A DNA stretch of 64,000 nucleotides, taken from assembly GCA_020724555.1 (NCBI GenBank), contig DYGT01000003.1:21415-85414 (forward strand), written 5' to 3'. Both the position numbers and the translations under genes were made by a program. The DNA is from Candidatus Microgenomatus sp. (GTDB taxonomy: Bacteria > Patescibacteriota > Microgenomatia > UBA8517). The notes below the pieces were generated by a model, which worked only from the letters and a program-made list of their open reading frames with translations, was not told the origin of the DNA and did not search any database. Of the stretch, positions 19,197 to 28,603 are shown piece by piece. Numbering within the stretch: the stretch's first letter is position 1; each line of letters opens with the position of its first letter.

Positions 19197-19682
19197 ATGA
19201 AAGATTTTTTAAGTAATAACAAGACAGCATTAATGGTAACCAGCATAACCGTGGTTTTGGCTGGTATTGCGGTGTTTACCGCTCTTCGCCTTTACCAGTT
19301 GCGAGACACCCAAGTGGCCCCCACCGCTCCCGAGCGGCCCAGAGCGGAGGCACCACAATCCTGCGAACTTTTCTCCTTTACTATTACCAATCCGTCGCAG
19401 ACGCCATCGGCTTCACCTACGGCAACGGCAACGGCGAAAGCGTCTCCTTCACCCACAGCTACTGCCACACCCACAGGGACACCCAAAGCTACGCCAACAA
19501 ATACTGCCACACCGACGGGTACTGGCCAAACAACACCCACTGCCACGCCAACCGCAACGGCACTGGCCCAAGGACCAACGGCGACTCCGGCTCTACCTGA
19601 TGCGGGCATAGGCACGCCCGCGATAGCGGGACTTGGAATGGGAGCGCTTTTGCTGCTTTTTGCGATACTTCTTGTCTTTTAA
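19197..19682 (+). CDS. small Pro/Thr/Ala-rich surface protein with N-terminal TM and C-terminal LPDAG + hydrophobic segment
   Basis: MKDFLSNNKTALMVTSITVVLAGIAVF...(PTATATxxSP)n...ATPALPDAGIGTPAIAGLGMGALLLLFAILLVF. Confidence 0.55.
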   Translation: MKDFLSNNKTALMVTSITVVLAGIAVFTALRLYQLRDTQVAPTAPERPRAEAPQSCELFSFTITNPSQTPSASPTATATAKASPSPTATATPTGTPKATPTNTATPTGTGQTTPTATPTATALAQGPTATPALPDAGIGTPAIAGLGMGALLLLFAILLVF

Positions 19683-22072
19683 CGCCAAGAGTCAAACCAA
19701 AAATATGAGTCGTTTAACCAGACTGGCACTTTAATGCCCGTCCAATGGGGGTAAAAATAAACAAATAAGATAAAAGCCAAAGGCAAAACAAAAAATGCGG
19801 CTTTTAGATGTTTTCTTAAAGTTAAACCTATGGCCATTGACATAAATGCAACCGAAGGCAAGTAATGATACAAAAACATTATTCTGGGAGAAACTGCCCA
19901 TGCGGCAAAAAAGACTAAATAAGAAAATACAATTAAACCAATTTTTTTATTTTTATGGGTAAATGCTAAATAAGAAGCATAAATTACGCTAATAATTCCG
20001 CTCCAAAAAATTACAGGATTACCCATCGCATAGATATTCCCTATCTTTCCCATACTTTCACCTGTTGTGTAAAGCCAAATGGGACGCTTAAGTAGTGGCC
20101 AACTCCACCATGGTGACGTATAAGCATGAGTAGCGTCGAGTCTCGTGTGATACCACCACATCTGTTTTTGTACTTCTACAAAGCTGTCCCATCCGTGCCC
20201 CGAAGTGAACATGGGGATATAGCTTCCAATGTATAGCAAAGGTGGCAGAATAAAATAAAAAACCAAAGAAAACTTAAACTTTTGCCGCAAAGCCAAAAAC
20301 GAAACTCCCAATATTGGCAAAAACCACATTACGGACCATTTGGAGGCGGCAGCAAAACCCAAAGCTAAGGCAGACAACGGATGGTTTTCTTTTAAAAAGA
20401 AATAAAAACTCAAAAGCACAAAAAATACTAAGTACATGTCATTCATCCCGATTCTGCTCATCACAAGCGCCAACCCGTCCAAACTAAAAGCTAAAGCCGC
20501 AATAATTCCTGCCCATTCATCCGCAACTAAACGCTTTGTAATTAAATATATTAAATAAGTAGCACCTACTCCCAAAGCTGCGGCGGGTAAACGCCAACCT
20601 AGGGCATTTTCCCCAAAGACACGCATCCCAAGAACCATCCCCAGCTTAGCCATGGGAGGATGTGTCCACTCATAGGCATAACCCTCCGGGTTTGGGTTCC
20701 ACCATTCCCAAGCTTTGGGGTCATTGTTCAACATCGCTCGCGCAGTAAAAGCGTGGTAAACCTCGTCAAAATACTCCCCCTTAGGCAAATGAAGCATATA
20801 TACCCGGCTTATGAAAGAGAAGATTAATACTAATACCAAAGCATGTTTAGGATTAATAGATTTAGTTATTTTGGGAAATTTTACTTTTGTTTCTTTAAGT
20901 GCAAAATTTATTTTTTTTATCACAGGAGCTTTGTATTTTTTATTAAGCGCATAAAGCCAAAAGACGAATATCGCTACAGCTAACCCACCAACCACTTTTG
21001 TTGCATCCGGTCCTATTATTTGGTAAAAATCATTTTCTATCCAAACAAAGGCATAATAAAGATTTAAAATATACAGCAAAGATAAACCAACGTATACGCT
21101 TAACGAAACGGGGGAAAAAATACTCAAAACAGAAAGCGGAGCAAAAACCGGCAACATGTGCCGCTCGTGGATCCTAGTCAAAAACAAAAATGAAGAAAGC
21201 ATAATCCCCGCCAAAAAAAAGTATGGTTTTAAGGCAGGATGAAATTTAACTTTGTGCATACGGACAAACACAAAAAAAGATGAAATAAAAATCAACACAA
21301 AGCCCAAAAGACGAAGGCTGACAACACCTCCCGTATCACTTTTCCACATGCCGAAAATTGCCCAAAAATTAAATGCATTTACGCTTGTATAGGGGTACTC
21401 GGCCAATGAAAAAAACGTACGTCTAAGCGCAAACTCAAAAAGGCTTCCTTGAGAAAAAGGAATAAAAGCTAAAAAATATATAAATGCACCAGTAAAAACA
21501 TAAATTAAAAAATTTTTATAACCGGTTTTTTTTGAAAGCATCATCCACAATACTACGGGTGCGGCAGATGCTGTTTGTGGCTTTACCAAGGTACCCAAAG
21601 ACAGCGCTACTGCAGAAAACAACAATTTGTTATTTGCTAAAAAATAAAGAGTGAGCATGGAAAAAAGTGCCACCAAAGAATCTACCTGTCCCCAAAAAGT
21701 TGAATTTGCAATTATGGCAGGATTAAAAACATATAAAGCCACCGCCCAAGGCGCTAATTTTTTACTTCGCGGGTAGACTATTTTATAGATAAGATAACCC
21801 GTTAAAATATCTGAAATAATTGCGGGTAATTTATAAAATAAATCACTCCAAAAAGATATACCCAGCTTCCCTAAAAACCACAAAACATACAAATAACCGG
21901 GTAAATAATCCGACCAACCGTTATAAAAATTTCCAAAACCCTCGGTTGCCAAACGGTAGCTCCAACCGACAAATGTGTTGTGATCAAGCTCAAGTGTGCC
22001 GAAAAAAGAAAAAATGAGCCTTAAAAAAAAGCCGGACAGTAGTATAAAAATGATTTTATTTGCGCTTTTCAT
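19679..22072 (-). CDS. large two-module polytopic membrane glycosyltransferase. The C-terminal module is PMT/GT39-like GT-C with a DE motif; the N-terminal module is a second GT-C-like polytopic domain.
   Basis: 797 aa, more than 20 predicted TM segments. The C-terminal half has GEYFDEVYHAFTARAM, the PMT-family catalytic DE motif in the first loop. The N-terminal half (res 1-400) is an independent polytopic domain. Confidence 0.7.
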   Translation of the reverse strand: MKSANKIIFILLSGFFLRLIFSFFGTLELDHNTFVGWSYRLATEGFGNFYNGWSDYLPGYLYVLWFLGKLGISFWSDLFYKLPAIISDILTGYLIYKIVYPRSKKLAPWAVALYVFNPAIIANSTFWGQVDSLVALFSMLTLYFLANNKLLFSAVALSLGTLVKPQTASAAPVVLWMMLSKKTGYKNFLIYVFTGAFIYFLAFIPFSQGSLFEFALRRTFFSLAEYPYTSVNAFNFWAIFGMWKSDTGGVVSLRLLGFVLIFISSFFVFVRMHKVKFHPALKPYFFLAGIMLSSFLFLTRIHERHMLPVFAPLSVLSIFSPVSLSVYVGLSLLYILNLYYAFVWIENDFYQIIGPDATKVVGGLAVAIFVFWLYALNKKYKAPVIKKINFALKETKVKFPKITKSINPKHALVLVLIFSFISRVYMLHLPKGEYFDEVYHAFTARAMLNNDPKAWEWWNPNPEGYAYEWTHPPMAKLGMVLGMRVFGENALGWRLPAAALGVGATYLIYLITKRLVADEWAGIIAALAFSLDGLALVMSRIGMNDMYLVFFVLLSFYFFLKENHPLSALALGFAAASKWSVMWFLPILGVSFLALRQKFKFSLVFYFILPPLLYIGSYIPMFTSGHGWDSFVEVQKQMWWYHTRLDATHAYTSPWWSWPLLKRPIWLYTTGESMGKIGNIYAMGNPVIFWSGIISVIYASYLAFTHKNKKIGLIVFSYLVFFAAWAVSPRIMFLYHYLPSVAFMSMAIGLTLRKHLKAAFFVLPLAFILFVYFYPHWTGIKVPVWLNDSYFWFDSWR

Positions 22073-22125
22073 AGTATTTCACTTGGCAAGTTGCATATAA
22101 ATATATAATATAAGAAGGTACACCC

Positions 22126-22518
22126 GTGAACAACGAAGCCACAAGCCCACAAAATAAACCACTCATTCTAATTGTAGAGGATGATAGGTTTCTTTCTAAA
22201 ATGTATGCGCAAAAATTTAAAATCGAAGGCTTTGAGGTGATCATAGCCCAGGATGGAGAACAAGGATTAAAGTATATAAGCGAACAAAATCCCCAAGCAG
22301 TACTTTTAGATATGATTTTACCCAAATATTCGGGCGGGCAACTATTGGAAAAACTAAAAGAGATGCAAAAAAATGTCGTAATCATTGCCCTCACCAACCT
22401 TGCCAACCAAGAAGATGCCCAGCGCGCCATTGCCATGGGGGCCAAAGAGTACCTCGTCAAAGCCATGCACACGCCCGAGGAAGTTGTAAATATTGTTAAA
22501 AAACATCTGGCGGGGTAA
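22126..22518 (+). CDS. stand-alone response-regulator receiver (CheY-like)
   Basis: 130 aa. LILIVEDD acidic pocket, phospho-acceptor D in LLDMILP, conserved T/K positions. No output domain and no kinase in the window. Confidence 0.85.
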   Translation: MNNEATSPQNKPLILIVEDDRFLSKMYAQKFKIEGFEVIIAQDGEQGLKYISEQNPQAVLLDMILPKYSGGQLLEKLKEMQKNVVIIALTNLANQEDAQRAIAMGAKEYLVKAMHTPEEVVNIVKKHLAG

Positions 22519-24415
22519 ATATTGCCACTCCCCCACGCTGATAAATAAGATTATATTTAGCCTCGATTAATTTTAAATAAATTCCCGGGTAATCTTTTTC
22601 TACATTTTCATCCCAATAGATATAATCTACCTTGTATTTATAAAAAACATTTTTGGCACTCCAAGTGTCCGGGTTTTCATAAACTTTCTCAATGTCTTCA
22701 AGACGAACAAAAACATTATCTTGTCCCACGTTATACCCATGACTATATGGCCATGTAGTATAAGACAACACCCGAAGTCTGCCGGCGATTTGGGTAACCG
22801 GTGAGTGAACCGTAGGGGGGGTCAAAAATACCGAAGTCTGTGGTGTATTATTCTTTATCCACATCCCCGCTAAATACTGGTCGTTAGTATAAGCCTGAAA
22901 CTTATTTAATCCGCTCCACAACAAAGTTAAAATAGACGTAGCACTAATAATAAATAATAAAAGCAGTGCAAATACTTTTCCCCATTTATATTTCCACAAA
23001 AAGCTCAAACCTAAGGCACTTAAAACTATAAATCCAATCTGGGAAAAATAAAAAAATTTAAACATATCCCATTCATATGCAGTAAAAACAACGATCACCG
23101 GCAGCAAAAGACAATATAGTGAAAATATAAAAAGGAAGCGAAGCTTTTTATTTTGATTTTTCCTTAAGCTAAATAGTCCCCAAAATGATCCCAAAATAAA
23201 ACTCATCCCCAAATTAGCCGGATAAAACAACAAAAACCAACCCGGGCTCGCATCCTTATTCCATGGACCAAAGCGCAAAGTAGACTTCATAACTTCTATA
23301 AAACTTAAACTACCGACACGGCTTACCAAAAGCCAAATTACAACTATAATAACCGGGATTGCGAGAAGTCCCAAGGCTTTTAAGATTACTTTTTTATTTC
23401 TGTGTCTGAGGTTTGTTAGAATAGATAAGCCTATAATCCCAAAACCAACAACACTGGCAAAAAGCTGAAATTTAAAAACGAACGCGCTTAAGGCCGATGC
23501 TAAAAATAAAGCCTTTGGCCAATGTTTTTTTTCCAACACCAAAATCATCACACACACAACCGTTGGTAACCCAACCATCATGGGACGGTTTTGCAAAAAA
23601 TAATCCGCCATCGGCACCATGGTTATCACCGTATCAAAATCCATGGTATATCCTTTGTCCCGAAGAAGCTCCGGCAAAGTACTAAACAAAAAACCTCTAT
23701 CTGCCCAATCCGAAATAAAATATAAAAACATAAAACTTCCTACAAAAACGCTTATTAGAGCGGCAAAAAGAGATGCCGAACGGCTGCGTGTTACTGACAT
23801 GGTTAAGCCATAGATACTTAAGCTAAAAAGGGCGGCAAAAAAGGGGTTGTCCCAAACAAGCACCTCCCAAGACGGCTTATCAGCAAAAAAAGAAACCACC
23901 GCCGTATGCAAATCGGAAAAATAATAATATGTTAAAGGCTGGCCGCTAAAATACGGGGCTTGAGGTAAAAAATTTCCTTCACGGATGCTTTCCATAATCC
24001 CCAAGTGCATGGCCGTATCCTGCCAATTAACCGCGGACATGACCCAATATCCATTAAAAAAAGTCATAATTCCCGGTGCAAGCGCCGCAAAAAAAAGAAT
24101 GTAAATAAATGCAGAAATAAGCAGCGCCCGCTTAGGAAGACTTCTTTTTTTAAATATAAATTTTTGCTTTAGCGCATACAAAATAAAAATAAGACTAAGT
24201 AAAGCTATTAAAAATCCCAAGACAACTCTGGAAAAGCCAAAAACAATAAACACAAAATAAACAAGATAGGTCGAAACGATTATACTGGTAACGCCAATCA
24301 GGGGAATTTTTTTGTATGTGGGAAGATAGGCATAAAAATTTTGAATAATTAAATATCCCGGTAAAAAAAAGGAAAAGACAAACCCCCAAAAAAGAAGTAA
24401 ATAATTGATATGCAT
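22496..24415 (-). CDS. large polytopic membrane protein with C-terminal extracytoplasmic domain, putative GT-C-type glycosyltransferase
   Basis: 639 aa, about 13 TM N-terminal region with a conserved extracytoplasmic loop (MESIREGNFLPQAPYFSGQPLTYYYF), then a soluble C-terminal domain. The architecture resembles oligosaccharyl/ArnT-like transferases. Confidence 0.5.
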   Translation of the reverse strand: MHINYLLLFWGFVFSFFLPGYLIIQNFYAYLPTYKKIPLIGVTSIIVSTYLVYFVFIVFGFSRVVLGFLIALLSLIFILYALKQKFIFKKRSLPKRALLISAFIYILFFAALAPGIMTFFNGYWVMSAVNWQDTAMHLGIMESIREGNFLPQAPYFSGQPLTYYYFSDLHTAVVSFFADKPSWEVLVWDNPFFAALFSLSIYGLTMSVTRSRSASLFAALISVFVGSFMFLYFISDWADRGFLFSTLPELLRDKGYTMDFDTVITMVPMADYFLQNRPMMVGLPTVVCVMILVLEKKHWPKALFLASALSAFVFKFQLFASVVGFGIIGLSILTNLRHRNKKVILKALGLLAIPVIIVVIWLLVSRVGSLSFIEVMKSTLRFGPWNKDASPGWFLLFYPANLGMSFILGSFWGLFSLRKNQNKKLRFLFIFSLYCLLLPVIVVFTAYEWDMFKFFYFSQIGFIVLSALGLSFLWKYKWGKVFALLLLFIISATSILTLLWSGLNKFQAYTNDQYLAGMWIKNNTPQTSVFLTPPTVHSPVTQIAGRLRVLSYTTWPYSHGYNVGQDNVFVRLEDIEKVYENPDTWSAKNVFYKYKVDYIYWDENVEKDYPGIYLKLIEAKYNLIYQRGGVAIFTPPDVF

Positions 24416-24449
24416 ATATTATTTTATTGTAACCTTTTAAAATGGAGTT

Positions 24450-25601
24450 ATGAACAAAAAAATAATAGGTATTGTTTTTATTTTAACTTTAATTGTTTAT
24501 TTTATATCTTCTCCCGGAAAAACACCTTACAACTATTTTGTTTATCTGGCCCAAAGCTTAGTCCAAGGGAAACTTTATCTTGTTAACCCACCTTCTTGGC
24601 TTAACGAACTTGCTCCTGCTGGGGGCAATTTATACGTGGTTTATCCACCCATGCCGGCTTTACTTCTTTTGCCATTCGTTACTTTTTTTGGCCAAGCGTT
24701 TGAACAGCAATGGTTGGCCCACATGCTGGGGGCCGGTGGCGTTACTTTAAGTTATATGCTTGCGCGTGCACTCAACAAAAGCGAGATTACAAGCCTTTGG
24801 GTTTGTATCTTAACCGGTTTTGGGACTATTGTTTGGTATCTGGCAAGCTCGGGGTCTGCCTGGTATTTAGGCCAAATCACAGCTTTCTTTTTTGTTATGG
24901 CGGCACTTGTTGAAAGCCAAAAGAAAAAAAGGGCTTTTTTGGTGGGTATTTTTGTGGGGTGCGCTTATTTGGCCAGACTACAAACAATTCTGGCCCTTCC
25001 ATTTTTTCTTTTCGTTTTGGGGGTAAAGGACAAAAAACTACAAATTACAAAAATAATTAAAATCTTAATCCCGGTTTTTATTTTTGTAAGCCTTAACGCC
25101 TTATATAATCTTTTGCGTTTCGGAAGCCTTTTTGATAAGGCATATGTTTTAATACCCGGAGTATTGGATGAGCCATGGTACAGCCGTGGATTGTTTCACC
25201 CTGGCTATATTCCCAGACACTTAAAAACCCTTTTCTGGAGCTTTCCCAGGGTCCATACAAAATTCCCATATTTTTCCCCGTCCTGGGGAGGATTGGCAAT
25301 CTGGATAACCACGCCGGCATTTATACTTATTTTTAAAGCCCCGCTAAAAAAAACGATTACGTACATTACCTGGTTTACAATAATTGCCATCTCTTTAGTA
25401 ATTTTTATGTATGGAAGCACCGGATTTTCCCAATTTGGATATCGCTACGCCGTGGATTTTTATCCATTTTTAATTTTTTTAATTATATTGGGAATCCACA
25501 GCAAACCAAAAGCTTACCACTGGCTGCTACTGGCGATTAGCATTGCCGTTAATTTATGGGGAGTACTTTTAATAAACAAACTGGGAATTGTGGGTTACTG
25601 A
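24450..25601 (+). CDS. polytopic membrane protein, putative GT-C (PMT_2/ArnT-like) glycosyltransferase
   Basis: 383 aa, about 10 TM, resembles bacterial PMT_2-type short mannosyltransferase-like proteins. Motif-level support is weak. Confidence 0.45.
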   Translation: MNKKIIGIVFILTLIVYFISSPGKTPYNYFVYLAQSLVQGKLYLVNPPSWLNELAPAGGNLYVVYPPMPALLLLPFVTFFGQAFEQQWLAHMLGAGGVTLSYMLARALNKSEITSLWVCILTGFGTIVWYLASSGSAWYLGQITAFFFVMAALVESQKKKRAFLVGIFVGCAYLARLQTILALPFFLFVLGVKDKKLQITKIIKILIPVFIFVSLNALYNLLRFGSLFDKAYVLIPGVLDEPWYSRGLFHPGYIPRHLKTLFWSFPRVHTKFPYFSPSWGGLAIWITTPAFILIFKAPLKKTITYITWFTIIAISLVIFMYGSTGFSQFGYRYAVDFYPFLIFLIILGIHSKPKAYHWLLLAISIAVNLWGVLLINKLGIVGY

Positions 25602-26716
25602 GCAAGCAAACTCTTTACCCAGCTTTGTACTTCGGACCAATCTTTTTTTCTGGGAACAAATACGTATAAATTTTGGAATTCACGGGGATCGGGGTTAATT
25701 AATAATTCCTCGGGCAAAGTATGGCTTTCAACTTCCGCACGCGCATCATAAACCCTGCGAGCCAAAATAGCAATTTCTCTCTCACTTAAATCAGTCTCCA
25801 GGCTTGCCATGGTTTCTTCCCAGATCTGCTTTAATTTAGACGGATTTAATACAATCTCTTTTGACATCAGCTTCTCTTTAAGCGCATGTAGTACTTGTTG
25901 CTGACGGAGCGATCTGGCAAAATCAGTGCCTTCGGCTTCATCCGCCGATTGCCTTGAACGCACATACTTTAATGCACGTTTGCCGTCCATGTGCTCTACC
26001 CCTTTTTCAAAAACTATTGTTTCATAGCGGCAGTTATATTCAGGGTCTCCTCCACAAAGATCGTTTTCCCGTCCGGGAATGGGGAAGCGGCTATCAGTAA
26101 AACCGTGCTCAATTTGCACATCAATTCCGCCGACAATATCAATTAATTTTTTATAATTATTAAAGTCGATCACAGCGGCGTAATGAATCGGAATCCCCAC
26201 AATTTCCTCAACCGTTGATTTGGCAAGTACCAACCCGCCTCCGTCTTCTTTTTCATTTCCCCAAAAATAAACACTGTTTAATTTTGTCTCAAGTTCCCCA
26301 ATCCAGATATCACGCGGCAGGGAAAAAAGCACAAAATTAGAATCTTTGGTATGACCAACGGATGCAACGATTATCGTGTCTGTCAGATCCGGCGCGGTAT
26401 AGCCCTCACCTGCTTTCCCCAAAATTAAAATATTGGTGCGCTTGTCTGTCTGGGCTACTCCCTCTGTCGGAGCAAACACAAACGCTTGAACCAAACTCAA
26501 ATATCTATCTGCTCCAAAAAGCAGCAAAAGCTTGTAGATAAAAATAAATGCAAAGGCAATTATCCCTAAAATTACAAATAAAAAACTCAAACGCATTACC
26601 CACAAATGGCGGGAAACAAGCCTTCTTTTCAAACGCATAAGTCCTGCTTTTAATTTTTTATTGTTTCGGTTTCTTGGATATGATTTTTTCGTGGTAGAAT
26701 GACCTTTGTCAACCAT
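25595..26716 (-). CDS. LytR-CpsA-Psr (LCP) family glycopolymer-peptidoglycan ligase
   Basis: N-terminal TM then NILILGKAGEGYTAPDLTDTIIVASV (LCP hallmark) and conserved Arg/Asp positions. Confidence 0.85.
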   Translation of the reverse strand: MVDKGHSTTKKSYPRNRNNKKLKAGLMRLKRRLVSRHLWVMRLSFLFVILGIIAFAFIFIYKLLLLFGADRYLSLVQAFVFAPTEGVAQTDKRTNILILGKAGEGYTAPDLTDTIIVASVGHTKDSNFVLFSLPRDIWIGELETKLNSVYFWGNEKEDGGGLVLAKSTVEEIVGIPIHYAAVIDFNNYKKLIDIVGGIDVQIEHGFTDSRFPIPGRENDLCGGDPEYNCRYETIVFEKGVEHMDGKRALKYVRSRQSADEAEGTDFARSLRQQQVLHALKEKLMSKEIVLNPSKLKQIWEETMASLETDLSEREIAILARRVYDARAEVESHTLPEELLINPDPREFQNLYVFVPRKKDWSEVQSWVKSLLAQ

Positions 26717-26752
26717 ATTTGTTGTTATAAAACAATTGTAATTATATAACCC

Positions 26753-28603
26753 ATGCGAAACAACTTAACCACAGATTTAAATGAAATGCAAAAAAGGGCA
26801 GTGACCCACCCGAACGGGCCTTTGCTGGTCCTCGCCGGTGCCGGCAGCGGCAAAACAAAAGTACTTACCCATAGAGCTGCCTGGTTTATTGCCGAAAAAA
26901 AAATTGAGCCGGAGTCAATACTCCTTTTGACTTTTACAAACAAAGCCGCCGATGAAATGAAAAAAAGGATATTTGATTTATCCGGCTATATCCCTTCTTA
27001 TTCAGGTACTTTTCATAGCTTTTGTGTCAAAGTCTTAAGGCGCGACGGACACGAGCTTGGGATCCCGAAAGAATTTGTAATTTACGACCAAACCGACCAA
27101 AAAGACGTTATTAAAGAAATTCTTCACGAGATGAACCTGCCCCTCGAATCCTATAATCCAGGGAATATCAGCTACAGCATCTCTGAAGCAAAATCAATGA
27201 TGATAAGCCCTTGGGAATACGGAGAAATTGTCCAAAATGAAAAGCAAGAAAAAATATTTGCGATTTACAACCGCTATGAAAAAATCCTAAAAGATTCGGC
27301 CGCTTTGGACTTTGACGACCTTTTATTAAAAACCGTGCTTCTTTTTGAACAAAAGCCCGAGGTCCTTAAAAAATGGCAAAACCGCCTGTCGCATATTTTG
27401 GTTGATGAATGGCAAGATACAAATAAAATCCAATACACTCTTACAAAATATTTAGTAGGTAGCGGAAAAAATATTACAGCAGTTGGAGACGCCAGCCAAT
27501 CGATCTATTCTTGGCGTGGTGCCGACTATCGTAATCTAAATTATTTGCGCGATGATTATCCGGATATTACGATTATTAATCTGGAACAGAATTACCGCTC
27601 AACCCAAACAATCTTAAACGCCGCCAACAGCGTTATCTCCAAAAATTCAAGAAGCCATCCGATTTTAAAACTTTGGACCAAAAACGAAAAAGGCGAAAGG
27701 ATTAAACTTTTTAAAGCAAATAATGGGCTTGATGAGGCAAGCTACGTGATAGAAAACATAAAATCACTTATCGGCCAAGGGTACAAGAAAAGTGAGATAG
27801 CGGTTTTATACCGTACTAACGCCCAATCGCGTACCCTTGAGGAGGCATTCCTTCACGCCGGTATCCCATACCGTATTGTCGGCGGTGTCAACTTTTACGA
27901 CCGCGCTGAAATCAAAGACGTGCTTTCGTATTTGCGTTTTTTACTTAACCCCCGAGACACCGTTTCAAAGAAACGTATCCAAAAAACCGGCAAAACCCGC
28001 TACAAAGCAATTTTGACGTTTGCCCAAGAGGTGAGTATCAGTAAATTTACAACGCTTGAGCTTATGGATGCTTTGCTGGAAAAAAGCAAATATTTAGATA
28101 AATATAGCCGCGAAACCGAAGAGAACCTGGCGAGGCTCGAAAACATCAAAGAGCTGAGATCGGTCGCACGGGAATTTCCCAAGCTGGACGAATTTCTGGA
28201 AAACGTGGCGCTTGTCGAAGCCGAACAGCTGTCCAACAAAAGCCTTCACTTTGGTGGCGACAACCAAGCGCTAGTCACGCTTATGACGCTTCATGCCGCC
28301 AAAGGCCTGGAGTTTCCGGTTGTTTTCATTGTCGGTATGGAGGAAGGCCTTTTCCCCCATTCGCGCTCGCTTTTTGACGCAAACGAATTGGATGAAGAAA
28401 GGCGTCTGGCTTATGTCGGGATCACCCGCGCCAAAGAATTATTATTTTTAACTTACGCAGACAGGCGCCTTTATTTTGGCCAATGGCTCAGCAATCTCCC
28501 TTCCCGCTTTTTGATTGACATCCCTGAAGAACTTCTCAACACCATCGATATACCTGTTTCTAAAATCGAGTACAACTTTGAAGATGAAGATATAATATAT
28601 TAA
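26753..28603 (+). CDS. UvrD/PcrA-family ATP-dependent DNA helicase (short, 616 aa)
   Basis: Motifs I (AGAGSGKT), Ia, II (DEWQDTN), III, V and VI (VGITRAKE) present. Reduced 2B/C-terminal region. Confidence 0.9.
   Translation: MRNNLTTDLNEMQKRAVTHPNGPLLVLAGAGSGKTKVLTHRAAWFIAEKKIEPESILLLTFTNKAADEMKKRIFDLSGYIPSYSGTFHSFCVKVLRRDGHELGIPKEFVIYDQTDQKDVIKEILHEMNLPLESYNPGNISYSISEAKSMMISPWEYGEIVQNEKQEKIFAIYNRYEKILKDSAALDFDDLLLKTVLLFEQKPEVLKKWQNRLSHILVDEWQDTNKIQYTLTKYLVGSGKNITAVGDASQSIYSWRGADYRNLNYLRDDYPDITIINLEQNYRSTQTILNAANSVISKNSRSHPILKLWTKNEKGERIKLFKANNGLDEASYVIENIKSLIGQGYKKSEIAVLYRTNAQSRTLEEAFLHAGIPYRIVGGVNFYDRAEIKDVLSYLRFLLNPRDTVSKKRIQKTGKTRYKAILTFAQEVSISKFTTLELMDALLEKSKYLDKYSRETEENLARLENIKELRSVAREFPKLDEFLENVALVEAEQLSNKSLHFGGDNQALVTLMTLHAAKGLEFPVVFIVGMEEGLFPHSRSLFDANELDEERRLAYVGITRAKELLFLTYADRRLYFGQWLSNLPSRFLIDIPEELLNTIDIPVSKIEYNFEDEDIIY

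Noticed and set aside
18538-19615. Arg/Gln/His-rich and Val/Gly-rich alternate-frame ORFs within the PT-linker genes (18538..18954, 18545..18934, 18720..19070, 19267..19611, 19292..19615)
   Set aside because: Frame artefacts of the repetitive ACNCCNACN linker-coding DNA. The + strand PT-rich frames have signal/TM segments and domain content.
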